From Verrucomicrobiales bacterium (GTDB taxonomy: Bacteria; Verrucomicrobiota; Verrucomicrobiia; Verrucomicrobiales; V1-33), in the NCBI GenBank assembly GCA_031411295.1, contig JANOAV010000048.1, positions 1 through 64,000 of the forward strand: a stretch of 64,000 nt of DNA, written 5' to 3'. A program made the translations under genes and the position numbers. Positions 1-8,349 of the stretch are shown here, in pieces. Numbering within the stretch: position 1 is the stretch's first letter; each line of letters begins with the position of its first letter. Below the pieces are notes generated by a model. That model did not search any database. It was not told the DNA's origin and worked only from the letters and a program-made list of their open reading frames with translations.

Positions 1-94
1 ACTCCCTCACTCCCTCACTCCCTCACTCCCTCACTCCCTCACTCCCTCACTCCCTCACTCCCTCACTCCCTCACTCCCTCACTCCCTCACTCCC
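1..94. repeat. Tandem octamer repeat (ACTCCCTC)n, at least 11 copies, cut by the window start
   Basis: Read directly: 11 perfect units plus ACTCCC. Confidence 0.97.
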
Positions 95-120
95 CGATTC
101 CGATCCCCCGTGCAATGTCC

Positions 121-145
121 CCCTGAAAAAGCAAATTCCTATCAG
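121..145 (+). repeat. Repeat B copy 1 (CCCTGAAAAAGCAAATTCCTATCAG)
   Basis: Identical 25-mer at 7238 and 8320; variant at 3149. Confidence 0.92.
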
Positions 146-178
146 TCAGACAAATCAATTGACTTTAATATATTCATT

Positions 179-1900
179 ATGAACTGCCTCCGCCTGCCTA
201 TTTGTTACGCTAGTCGCGCTATATATCAAGAACCCTCAACCAGTTTTCGAATACTAACATCCATCGTCTTTTTCACGAGCCTCTTACTGTCTGTAATTCA
301 GGCGCAATCGCTTACTGTTAAAACGCTCGATTCTACTGGAAACGTTGGTGAAAGCACCTCGCAAGCTGTTATCAACGGAAAACCTGCAATCAGCTATTAT
401 GATAAGGCCAATCAAACTCTAAAATTCATAACTGCATTGGATGCGAATGGGACCAGTTGGGCACCGCCCGTAACCATCACCTCCACAACGATCACGGACC
501 AGCGCATTTCACTAGCCTCCGTGAACGGACTGCCCGCAGTCAGCTATGTTGACGGAACCAGCCAAAATCTCAAGTATGCGAGCGCTACCAACGCGAGTGG
601 TCAGTTGTGGGGAACTCCTGTCACTCTAGACAACCAAGCCTACCAGCCCTCGCTGAAGGTCGTCAATGGCAATCCTGCCATCAGTTATGAGAGGTTCGGG
701 AGCTCTGTTTCAGAACTTCGATACGTTCGTGCTCTAAACGTGAGCGGGACCGTCTGGGGGAGCGCTGTGGTGGCAGATAGCTCTCCCGATGTTGGAGATT
801 ATAGCTCTCTGCGAGTCATTAATGGAAAACCCGCAATTAGCTATTACGATTATCGTAAGGTAGACCTTAAATATGTTAGATCATTAGATGCCGATGGTCT
901 TTCATGGGGCACACCACAAACGTTGGACAGTGCAGGTGCTGTCGGTTTTTATACGTCAATGGCAACGGTCAATGGTAAACCTGCTATCAGCTATTACGAT
1001 AATGGACTCGGTAATCTAAAGTTTGTAAGAGCATTGGATGTGGACGGAACCAGTTGGGCATCGCCGATCACGCTCGACAGCTTAGGTAATGTCGGCAGCA
1101 ATTGCTCACTTGGTGTTATTAATGGTTTACCCTCCATAAGCTATACCGACAGTAGCAACTTCGATCTTAAATATATACAAGCACAGGATATCAATGGGAC
1201 AAATTGGGGGACGTCTGTTATCCTCGACAGTCTTGGTCAGGTTGGTTTTTCACCATCATTGGTCGACGTGAACGGTAATTCTGCTATCAGTTATTTCGGA
1301 AACAGTGGCTTAAAATGGGTTTTGTATGGCTCCATAGTTCATGCAGACATTTCGGTTTCGCAATCCAGCCCTCTGGCTGATGATGGTCCGAGCGTAATCT
1401 TCGGCGCTGTAAGTGTAGGGCGAAGCAGCAGTCCTTTGACTTTCACTATATCGAACCTTGGAAACACCACTTTAAATGGCTTAGCTCTGACCGGGCAGAC
1501 AGAGAATTTTATCGTCAACCAACTCTCAGCGACCAGCCTGCCTGCAGGCTCAGGCACAATAATTTTCACCGTTTACTTTCGGCCCACAACTATCGGAACT
1601 CACACAACCACTCTTCATTTAAATAGCAACGTCGTAGGCGACAAAAATCCATTTGACATCCCTCTCACAGGCTCAGGGGTGCCTGGGACGCTCATCTTCC
1701 TTAATTCGAGTGGCACAGTAGGCTTGGTTTTTTATGGTGTTCCTAAATGGACCTACCAAGTTCAGCGCAGCTGCGACCTTGAGTCTTGGGTGACCCTCGC
1801 CACAACGCTTGTAGAATCCAATGGCACTCTTCCTTACACAGACTTATTTCCTCCCCCGAACAAAGCTTTTTACAGAATATCCGCTCAAGCTGCGCAATAA
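179..1900 (+). CDS. Secreted/surface protein with about 6 PAISYYD-type repeats (likely propeller), an Ig-like (ASH/choice-of-anchor D-like) domain and a Verrucomicrobia-type C-terminal FYR tail
   Basis: ORF 110..1900; ATG 179 preferred because 110-145 is repeat B; repeats S-L-x-V-x-NG-x-PAISY, FTISNLG and IPLTGSG motifs, YQVQRSCDLESW...FYRI tail. Confidence 0.8.
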   Translation: MNCLRLPICYASRAIYQEPSTSFRILTSIVFFTSLLLSVIQAQSLTVKTLDSTGNVGESTSQAVINGKPAISYYDKANQTLKFITALDANGTSWAPPVTITSTTITDQRISLASVNGLPAVSYVDGTSQNLKYASATNASGQLWGTPVTLDNQAYQPSLKVVNGNPAISYERFGSSVSELRYVRALNVSGTVWGSAVVADSSPDVGDYSSLRVINGKPAISYYDYRKVDLKYVRSLDADGLSWGTPQTLDSAGAVGFYTSMATVNGKPAISYYDNGLGNLKFVRALDVDGTSWASPITLDSLGNVGSNCSLGVINGLPSISYTDSSNFDLKYIQAQDINGTNWGTSVILDSLGQVGFSPSLVDVNGNSAISYFGNSGLKWVLYGSIVHADISVSQSSPLADDGPSVIFGAVSVGRSSSPLTFTISNLGNTTLNGLALTGQTENFIVNQLSATSLPAGSGTIIFTVYFRPTTIGTHTTTLHLNSNVVGDKNPFDIPLTGSGVPGTLIFLNSSGTVGLVFYGVPKWTYQVQRSCDLESWVTLATTLVESNGTLPYTDLFPPPNKAFYRISAQAAQ

Positions 1901-1962
1901 AACGGGCTCAGGGTGCAGGACAAAATAGTTAAAGATTTAAGCCGCTAACTGTTCCTTCTTCT

Positions 1963-1996
1963 TGCATTGACAAAAAGACAGAGAAAATAAATCTTG
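1963..1996 (+). repeat. Repeat A copy 1 (TGCATTGACAAAAAGACAGAGAAAATAAATCTTG)
   Basis: Seven same-strand copies between 1963 and 6931. Confidence 0.92.
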
Positions 1997-2000
1997 TAAT

Positions 2001-2399
2001 ATGAAGTGTAAAACCACCTCTCACAATTTTCCACAGCGTCCCACAATACGCAAGAGCAAATGTGCGCTAAAATCGATCCCCCAGAAAAGAAGGATGTTTT
2101 TACGACAGGAAGGTGCAGCGATTGCCTTTAATGAGGTCGTTGAACCTTTACAGCCTGTTGTCGTTTTGGCGGCCAACTCACCATCGGGTCTTCAGCCTGG
2201 AAACAAGTATGTTGGATATTGGGAGGGTAAATTTAGCCCTGCCAAAATGCGGGATCCAAAAATTCCTGGTAAAATGGTTGATAATGATGGGACGGGAGGC
2301 AAAGAAGCGCTTGGGCCGGCGCAGCTTCCAAACGATTGGCAGAGCAGCTCCGGCTTCAAAAATAATATTATCCTATGGTGCATTGGTGCATTGAGATAA
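2001..2399 (+). CDS. Hypothetical protein or gene fragment between repeats A1 and A2
   Basis: ORF fills the inter-repeat interval and stops inside A2; no recognisable family. Confidence 0.3.
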   Translation: MKCKTTSHNFPQRPTIRKSKCALKSIPQKRRMFLRQEGAAIAFNEVVEPLQPVVVLAANSPSGLQPGNKYVGYWEGKFSPAKMRDPKIPGKMVDNDGTGGKEALGPAQLPNDWQSSSGFKNNIILWCIGALR

Positions 2400-2413
2400 A
2401 GACAGAGAAAATA
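2387..2413 (+). repeat. Repeat A copy 2 (TGCATTGAGATAAAGACAGAGAAAATA), with a GTGCATTG duplication at its 5' edge
   Basis: Direct match to consensus; GTGCATTG at 2378 and 2386. Confidence 0.88.
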
Positions 2414-2499
2414 TTCGTCTTCGATGGGAGAACGCTTGATTGCTTGATTTCCGATAATATTTTGAAACCGGACAGGGGGATGCGTTGGCTGCCCCGCCG

Positions 2500-2830
2500 C
2501 TACTTTACGAGCACGATCACCCGCTCGTGTGCATTCAGAATGACCCCGTGTTCGTTCCGGCAAATCGGATTGGACCAGGGTTTGTGCCCGCAGATTGTGA
2601 GCGGGACACGGTGCCTGCGCACGATCTCCCCAATCAACGGCTGCCCCGGTTGCCCCGCCGCGCCAGGTGGGCCTTCGTGCAGGATGAGAATGTCCGGTCG
2701 GGCTTCTGCCACAGCTTCGATCCTATCCAACTGATCCCCATCCGCCCTGGACCCGGCTTGCTCGAATGCCCCATGATCAACCCAGTGCCTCCGACGCACA
2801 GCGGCCCCATTGTCACCCAGTCCCCGTCTA
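2500..2830 (-). pseudogene. 5'-truncated, frameshifted metallophosphoesterase C-terminal fragment
   Basis: PDILILHEGPP and TICGH motifs in ORF 2500..2799; upstream LLDGDWVTMGPLCVGGTGLIMG lies in another frame; cut at repeat C1. Confidence 0.6.
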
Positions 2831-2973
2831 GTAAAGCCCCCTGACCACGCGACACCTGACGCACGTTATCATCATTGCCCGCAACCCCGATCACTTGGGC
2901 AAACTGAGAGGCAAACACCTGCCAGACCTCCGCCACACAGCCGAAACCGCCACGTGTATCCGCCAGCGCAAAG
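2826..2973 (+). repeat. Repeat C copy 1 (148 bp)
   Basis: Colinear, ungapped, near-identical to 5545..5692. Confidence 0.93.
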
Positions 2974-3008
2974 TGCATTGAAAAAACGACAGAAAATAAA
3001 TTTTGACT
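2974..3008 (+). repeat. Repeat A copy 3
   Basis: TGCATTGAAAAAACGACAGAAAATAAATTTTGAC, directly abutting repeat C1. Confidence 0.85.
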
Positions 3009-3148
3009 TCCCGGCCCCACCTCTTCAATCAAACTCTGGAGTCAGCGAAAGATTCTTCCAGCGACTTGCCCATCGATTTGCCTGTCCTCCCGTCTCTGAA
3101 AGCATCAGAACAAAGGGTCTTCATGGACTCATGCCAATCTAACGCCCC

Positions 3149-3189
3149 CCCTGAAAAGCAAATTCCTATCAGGCAGGAATTCCTATCAG
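3149..3189 (+). repeat. Repeat B copy 2 with a partial tandem duplication (AATTCCTATCAG x2)
   Basis: Read directly. Confidence 0.88.
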
Positions 3190-3271
3190 ACAAGTCGCCC
3201 CCCTTCAAAGGAGTTCCCTACTCCCTGAAAACGGACTCGACAAATCAGACGCCTCGCGATACAATCCAAAT

Positions 3272-3544
3272 ATGAACTCCACCTTGGAACGCATCCGCGC
3301 CGAAGCCAAGTCGCTCTCTCCCAACGAAAGAGAGCTGCTTTTGGTCGCGATCGACTATGACCTTCATGGCGACGTTCCCCATGATGCTGAAGATGCAGGT
3401 GTGGAAGCTGCTTGGGAATCTGAAATTGCCAGCCGCATCAGCGATGTTAGGGACGGCAAGGTCGAGCTGGTCAGCACGGATTCCGTGGACGCTGCCATGG
3501 ACGCCGTCTTTGCCAAACACGGCATCGAACGCACCCTGCATTGA
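3272..3544 (+). CDS. Addiction-module antitoxin component (TIGR02574-like), orphan
   Basis: LSPNERELL and VEAAWESEIASRI...GKV motifs; paralog of 5081..5350; stop codon lies inside repeat A4. Confidence 0.8.
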   Translation: MNSTLERIRAEAKSLSPNERELLLVAIDYDLHGDVPHDAEDAGVEAAWESEIASRISDVRDGKVELVSTDSVDAAMDAVFAKHGIERTLH

Positions 3545-3572
3545 CAAAAAGACAGAGAAATAACGACTTGAC
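3537..3572 (+). repeat. Repeat A copy 4, just upstream of the transposase
   Basis: TGCATTGACAAAAAGACAGAGAAATAACGACTTGAC. Confidence 0.9.
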
Positions 3573-3601
3573 TGACAAATTCTCGATCGTAATTTCCCGC
3601 C

Positions 3602-4690
3602 ATGGCCCAAGCTCGTCTCACCGTTACTTCCGAACCCACCGTGTATCATGCGATCACCCGCACGATTCAGGGAACGTTTTTGTTCGGGGATGTGGAGAAG
3701 AACATGATGCGAAAAATGCTGTTGCAGATGGCGGATTTTTGCGGGGTGGAGGTGCTGACTTATGCTGTAATGAGTAATCACGTTCATCTTGTGGTGCGGG
3801 TTCCCGTGAAGGAATCGACGGAGGCGGTGGCTGGCGTTGAAGGGGCATCGGGAATTCCGGTGGTGGCTGGGGCGGATGCGTTGGTTTCTAATGCGGAAGT
3901 GTTGCGTCGATATGGGGTGCTGTATGGAAAGTCTGCCTTGGTGGAGGCGGAGAAGAATTTGCAGGGCGCGACGGATGAGGTGTGGTCGGCGATTCGTATG
4001 AACTATGTCCCCATGATGCATTATCTTTCCTGGTTCATGCGGTTGTTGAAGCAGCGGTTCGCCCGATGGTATAACGTGTTTCACAAGACGTTTGGGACGC
4101 TGTGGGCGGAACGGTTTACGAGTGTGATCGTGGAAGGTGAAGGCGAGGCGTTGTTGGCAACGTGCGCTTATGTGGATTTGAATCCCGTGCGCGCCAAGCT
4201 GGTGAGTGATCCGAAGGATTATCGGTGGAGTGGCTATGGGGAAGCGGTGGGGGGCTTGGCGAAGGCCAGGACTGGCTTGGCTCGGGCAGCTTGGGAAGAA
4301 GGATCGGGACGGCAAACCAAGGATGAACTGGCGTGGAAATTTGGCCAACAGGCGACGGCAAACTGGAAGGCGGTGCAGGCGCGGTATCGGTTGATTTTAT
4401 ATGCGGTGGGGCAGGTGCCAAAAGTGAAGAACGGCAGAGCGCAGGGCGTCATTTCCGAGGCTGCGGGAGAAGCCGTGAAGGCCGCAGACGGGCAGTTGCC
4501 GTGGGCAGTAGCGCTGCGGGATCGGGTGCGGTATTTTTCGCGCGGCGGCGTGCTGGGAACGAAGGAATTCGTGGATCGGATTTTCGGCATGAAAAAGGAT
4601 CATTTCCCGATCGGAAGAAGGGACGGTGCACGAAAGCTCCGTGGAGCAGGGTGGGGAGCGATTACGGCTCTGAGAGATCTGAGGTCCTGA
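3602..4690 (+). mobile_element. Y1 HUH tyrosine transposase (IS200/IS605 TnpA superfamily, RAYT-like), intact ORF of 362 aa
   Basis: N-terminal YHAITR, HUH motif YAVMSNHVHL, GTLWAERF, catalytic Tyr motif YVDLNPVRA, DYRWS. Confidence 0.9.
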
Positions 4691-4693
4691 GCG

Positions 4694-4736
4694 TGCATTG
4701 ACAAACATGCACTGACAAACAGACGGAGAAAATAAA
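4694..4736 (+). repeat. Repeat A copy 5 with a partial tandem duplication
   Basis: TGCATTGACAAACA followed by TGCACTGACAAACAGACGGAGAAAATAAA, 3 nt after the transposase stop. Confidence 0.88.
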
Positions 4737-4755
4737 TGCGGAGCAGAGTTTCCGC

Positions 4756-5079
4756 CTATCCTTCGAGGTGACCTTCACGAAACTCTCTTGGCCTCCGACG
4801 CCAGTAATAAGGACGTCGGCTAGCGTGCCCGATGGCGATAATAACAATCTGATTATTCCAAATCATATAGGCGACATAGTGGCGCTTGAATCGGACGAGA
4901 TTTTTCCTACGAACATTGTGCCGCCGGATTCGGCATGATTCTGGTCTGCGCTGGATGGAGGTAAATGCTGCCGCAAGTCGAATTTCAAAATCGTCTGCCA
5001 ACTGCTCGTCCTGCTCTGCTAAATAAAGGAATGCCTGCCGAGCTTCTTCGCGAGCGGCGGAGTGAAACGCCAGCGTCAT
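4756..5079 (-). CDS. RelE/ParE-family type II toxin
   Basis: FHSAAREEA...YL and IIAIGHASRRPYYW motifs; adjacent to the antitoxin; ATG at 5079. Confidence 0.85.
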   Translation of the reverse strand: MTLAFHSAAREEARQAFLYLAEQDEQLADDFEIRLAAAFTSIQRRPESCRIRRHNVRRKNLVRFKRHYVAYMIWNNQIVIIAIGHASRRPYYWRRRPREFREGHLEG

Positions 5080-5080
5080 G

Positions 5081-5350
5081 TTAAGTAGTCTGGCGGCTGC
5101 GGAGTTCAGCGCGAGCCTCATCGAAGACGCTCATGAACTGGGCCTGGCTCAACAGGTTCGCCTGACCCAACTCAATTTCATCGACCCGCGCTTTGATTTC
5201 AGTGTCCCATGCCGCTTCGATCTCCGGATCGGCATCGTCGTCAACATCGCTGCCCCTAAGGTCAAAATCAAGCACAGCCACCAGCGTCTCACGTTGATCT
5301 GGCGAGAGTGTCTTAACTTCATTACGGATGCGTTCAAGGGTTGCGTTCAT
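5081..5350 (-). CDS. Addiction-module antitoxin component (TIGR02574-like)
   Basis: LSPDQRETL and IEAAWDTEIKARVDEIELG motifs; upstream of the ParE-type toxin. Confidence 0.82.
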   Translation of the reverse strand: MNATLERIRNEVKTLSPDQRETLVAVLDFDLRGSDVDDDADPEIEAAWDTEIKARVDEIELGQANLLSQAQFMSVFDEARAELRSRQTT

Positions 5351-5544
5351 CGGTTAATTCTAGCCCACGGTTGACGGTTTGTCGAGCAGCAGAAACGGAG
5401 TCGGTTCAAGTCTTCCTTTTTAAACGCCGTTAGCACATTTGGCGAACATTTCTCGCAGAACCGCGATTGCTCCTGGGCCGTCAACTGTTTTAAAAAGCTC
5501 TGACGCATCTGGAAGGGCAGCTCAAAGTATGAATCATAGTTCCT

Positions 5545-5692
5545 GTCTAGTAAAGCCCCCTGACCACGCGACACCTGACGCACGTTATCCTGATTGCCCG
5601 CAACCCCGATCACTTGGGCAAACCGAGAGGCAAACACCTGCCAGACCTCCGCCACACAGCCAAAGCCGCCGCCTGTCTCCGCCAACGCAAAG
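5545..5692 (+). repeat. Repeat C copy 2 (148 bp)
   Basis: Matches 2826..2973. Confidence 0.93.
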
Positions 5693-5791
5693 AAATCCCC
5701 TGCCAGCACAGCCGCCATGCGCGCTGGAGAAGGAATCAGCCTATCGAGAATCCGCTCTTTACCAATGGCTTATTCCAGCTACCATAAGTGC

Positions 5792-6034
5792 ATGAAATTA
5801 ATCGAAGCTGATGCGGATTTTGCCGCTGACGGAAGTTTGAAATTGCTAACGCCCCCACCAGATTGGTGGAAGGCTGGGCGGCAGCATATCGTCGTTGTCC
5901 TTTCTGAATCTTCCGACTTAAAGGGTGATTCGCTGATGGATTACCTCCTCTCGGAGGAAGGCGTGGTTCTGCCGGAAGTTGATCTTGAACTGGTCCGAAG
6001 CCACGTGATTGAGAATAGAGAAACTGGATTCTGA
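5792..6034 (+). CDS. Putative VapB-like antitoxin (80 aa)
   Basis: Small acidic ORF coupled by a TGATG overlap to the PIN toxin; DGSLKL motif. Confidence 0.65.
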   Translation: MKLIEADADFAADGSLKLLTPPPDWWKAGRQHIVVVLSESSDLKGDSLMDYLLSEEGVVLPEVDLELVRSHVIENRETGF

Positions 6035-6444
6035 TGGCCTTTCTGTTAGATACCAACATGCTCTCGGAGCTACGCAAGGGTGCCTCTGCAGATAAGAATG
6101 TGCGGCACTGGGCACAAAACAACGCCCAGGCGAAGCATTTTATCCGCGTCCTTTCAATTGGTGAGATCCGCAAAGGAATTGAGTTATTGCGACGGAAATC
6201 ACCACAACAGTGTCCGGCGTTTGAGGGATGGCTGGCAAGACTTCGGGTGGTTCACAAGCAGGATGTTTTGCCCGTTACCGAAGCTATTGCTGAGCGCTGG
6301 GGCGTGTTAATGTCTCTGCGCACCTTACCTGTAATTGATGGGCTGCTGGCAGCCACTGCATTAGAGCATGGATTGACAATCGTGACACGCAACACGGCGG
6401 ATTTCCAAGGCACCGGAGTGAGCCTGATTAACCCATTTCTGTGA
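6034..6444 (+). CDS. vapC: VapC/PIN-domain toxin
   Basis: LLDTNMLSE, SIGEIRKG, IDGLLAATALEHGLTIVTRNTADF, INPF. Confidence 0.92.
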   Translation: MAFLLDTNMLSELRKGASADKNVRHWAQNNAQAKHFIRVLSIGEIRKGIELLRRKSPQQCPAFEGWLARLRVVHKQDVLPVTEAIAERWGVLMSLRTLPVIDGLLAATALEHGLTIVTRNTADFQGTGVSLINPFL

Positions 6445-6525
6445 GTTCACTCGCAACGCATGCAGAACGACCCCACCAGAACAAATTCTTGCCAACTGGG
6501 TGCTGCTTGCGTTAGAACACCCGTA

Positions 6526-6571
6526 TGCATTGACAAAAAGACTGCATTCACAAAAAGACAGAGAAAATGAA
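6526..6571 (+). repeat. Repeat A copy 6 with a partial tandem duplication
   Basis: TGCATTGACAAAAAGAC followed by TGCATTCACAAAAAGACAGAGAAAATGAA. Confidence 0.9.
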
Positions 6572-6867
6572 TCTCCGTCCGACATGAACAAGCCACAAGG
6601 AGGCCCGTCCTGATTCTCAGTCGCCCGGCATTCAACGACCGGTCAGGCACTGTAGTTGCCGTGGCCTTGACCAGTGTTGAACCACGGGCCGGATTCCCGC
6701 TCACTTTGGAGCTTACGAAGACATCCTTACCCAAACGAACTTGGGTCAAAATTTCCCAGATCAGGACGATTTCCACGCAGCGTCTTGCAGGTAGGCTAGC
6801 GTCCTCTCATCCGTCGGAATTGCGGCGGGTAGTCGAGGGACTAAATGAACTCATTGGGAAGCCGTGA
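6572..6867 (+). pseudogene. 5'-truncated PemK/MazF toxin
   Basis: In-frame VRHEQATRRPVLILS...FNDRSGTVVAVALTS...SQIRTISTQRL; first ~12 residues missing, in-frame TGA at 6568 inside A6. Confidence 0.8.
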
Positions 6868-6895
6868 ACTGAGCCACCTGTGCCTGAGTCAAGAC

Positions 6896-6931
6896 TGCGT
6901 TGAGAATAAGACAGAGAAAATACATCTTGAC
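6896..6931 (+). repeat. Repeat A copy 7
   Basis: TGCGTTGAGAATAAGACAGAGAAAATACATCTTGAC; upstream GTCAAGA (6888) is inverted to the terminal TCTTGAC. Confidence 0.85.
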
Positions 6932-7237
6932 CCTCGAACTCTGGGACCAAAGCACCGACCAAGCTTGGAAAGCTCTGGAAATTGACCTCGGAGACGCCCG
7001 CATTCTCGTTCAAGACTACGCCTAAACGCGAGGAAACAAGCGAAGGAAACCAACAAAAATCTTGGCAACGCGGACCGGCAGAGCTATGCTCACGAGAATT
7101 AGGGATCCACCATGAACCGCCTCCCCACTCCCGTGCCAACAGCAAAATTTACCCATTCGGAGAGTGGAATCCAATCTGATTAAGCCTTCATCCTTCCTGC
7201 CCCCTTACCCCCCGATTCCGATTCCCCCTCCAGCGCC

Positions 7238-7262
7238 CCCTGAAAAAGCAAATTCCTATCAG
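7238..7262 (+). repeat. Repeat B copy 3
   Basis: Exact 25-mer; shares the upstream CCCCGATTCCGATYCCCC with copy 1. Confidence 0.92.
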
Positions 7263-7279
7263 ATATTTCTTTAACAGTT

Positions 7280-8233
7280 ATGGAACTCACTATCAACGAT
7301 AAAGTGAACGGGCACCCTGCCGCTGCCGACATCGCCTCGGCACTGGGCGCTCCCTCATTTCCCGACGACTGGTGCATCACCCTTGATGACAACCTCGACG
7401 AGGATGTGATGATCGACGGGGAATACCATCCCATCGGAACATTCCGCGTCTCCTACATTGAAAAACATATCCGCCGCCACGCGGTCGCAAATCTGGATGC
7501 CGCCACGCTCAACACCATGCTCCAGAGATTCCTTGTGCATGACAAAAGCTGGCGCGATCTCTGCCCATGGGAATCAGGCGAAGAAATCAAGGCCCGCGTA
7601 ACCACTGAAGCTGCCGCGACGGGGACCGCCGTGCGTGCAGCGGATGCGGCCGTGCCCGCCACGCCCAGCGCCGCGATGCTCTCCTACACCAGCCTTGCAA
7701 TCCTCGGGTTTGGCGGATATTGCGCCTTCAAACTCCTAACTCAAGGAGTCAGTTTCATTACTGACAGTTTTCCGAAGGCAGAGGCGAAACTCGCGGCATT
7801 GACAGGCGGAATGGGGCTGGCCGCCCTTCTCTTGGCCATCGCATTTTATAGCCGTGCCAAAGCAGCCCGGAGCTGGCCCAAAGTCACGGGGAAGATCATC
7901 GTAAGTCAGGTGGAAAGAGATTTAAGCGGCGTCGAAGACAGCCATTCCGAACGCAGCTACCGGCCAGTGATCGAGTTTGTTTACACCGTGAATGGGAAGG
8001 AGTATCGGAGCCGACAACGCCAGCTCGGCACTACCACGAGCGGTTCGCAAAGCTGGGCTAATTCCATCAAGACCAAGTATCCCGTCGGGAGCACAGTGGA
8101 GGTTAGCCACCACCCGGCTAACCCGGCAGACGCAGCGCTCGAAAACCCAATCGGCATGACATGGCTGATTTTCGGCGTGTCGGTATTCTGTCTTGGGGTG
8201 TGCGTCCATGCGTTGCACCTTGCGGAAAAATAA
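7280..8233 (+). CDS. DUF3592-domain membrane protein
   Basis: ARSWPKVTGKI, YRPVIEFVYTVNGKEY, YPVGSTVEV...PANPADAALE plus TM segments; bounded by B3 and B4. Confidence 0.8.
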   Translation: MELTINDKVNGHPAAADIASALGAPSFPDDWCITLDDNLDEDVMIDGEYHPIGTFRVSYIEKHIRRHAVANLDAATLNTMLQRFLVHDKSWRDLCPWESGEEIKARVTTEAAATGTAVRAADAAVPATPSAAMLSYTSLAILGFGGYCAFKLLTQGVSFITDSFPKAEAKLAALTGGMGLAALLLAIAFYSRAKAARSWPKVTGKIIVSQVERDLSGVEDSHSERSYRPVIEFVYTVNGKEYRSRQRQLGTTTSGSQSWANSIKTKYPVGSTVEVSHHPANPADAALENPIGMTWLIFGVSVFCLGVCVHALHLAEK

Positions 8234-8319
8234 TCTCACAAGTCTGAAATCAAGACGACAGCAAGCAATTCCACCCGCAGTCCCCTAGCGCATGTCTGCT
8301 CCCGCTTTGCCCAACGCTG

Positions 8320-8344
8320 CCCTGAAAAAGCAAATTCCTATCAG
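8320..8344 (+). repeat. Repeat B copy 4
   Basis: Exact 25-mer. Confidence 0.92.
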
Positions 8345-8349
8345 ACAGA

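Noticed and set aside
2634..6034. ORFs 2634-3032, 2810-3142, 5347-5718, 5439-5795 and the 5' part of 5594-6034 as a paralogous gene family
   Set aside because: Their similarity comes only from reading through the 148-bp repeat C in different frames.
1963..6931. Repeat A (~36 bp) as a CRISPR array
   Set aside because: Intervals are 0.4-1.8 kb, irregular and gene-containing; copies are degenerate; no cas genes are present.
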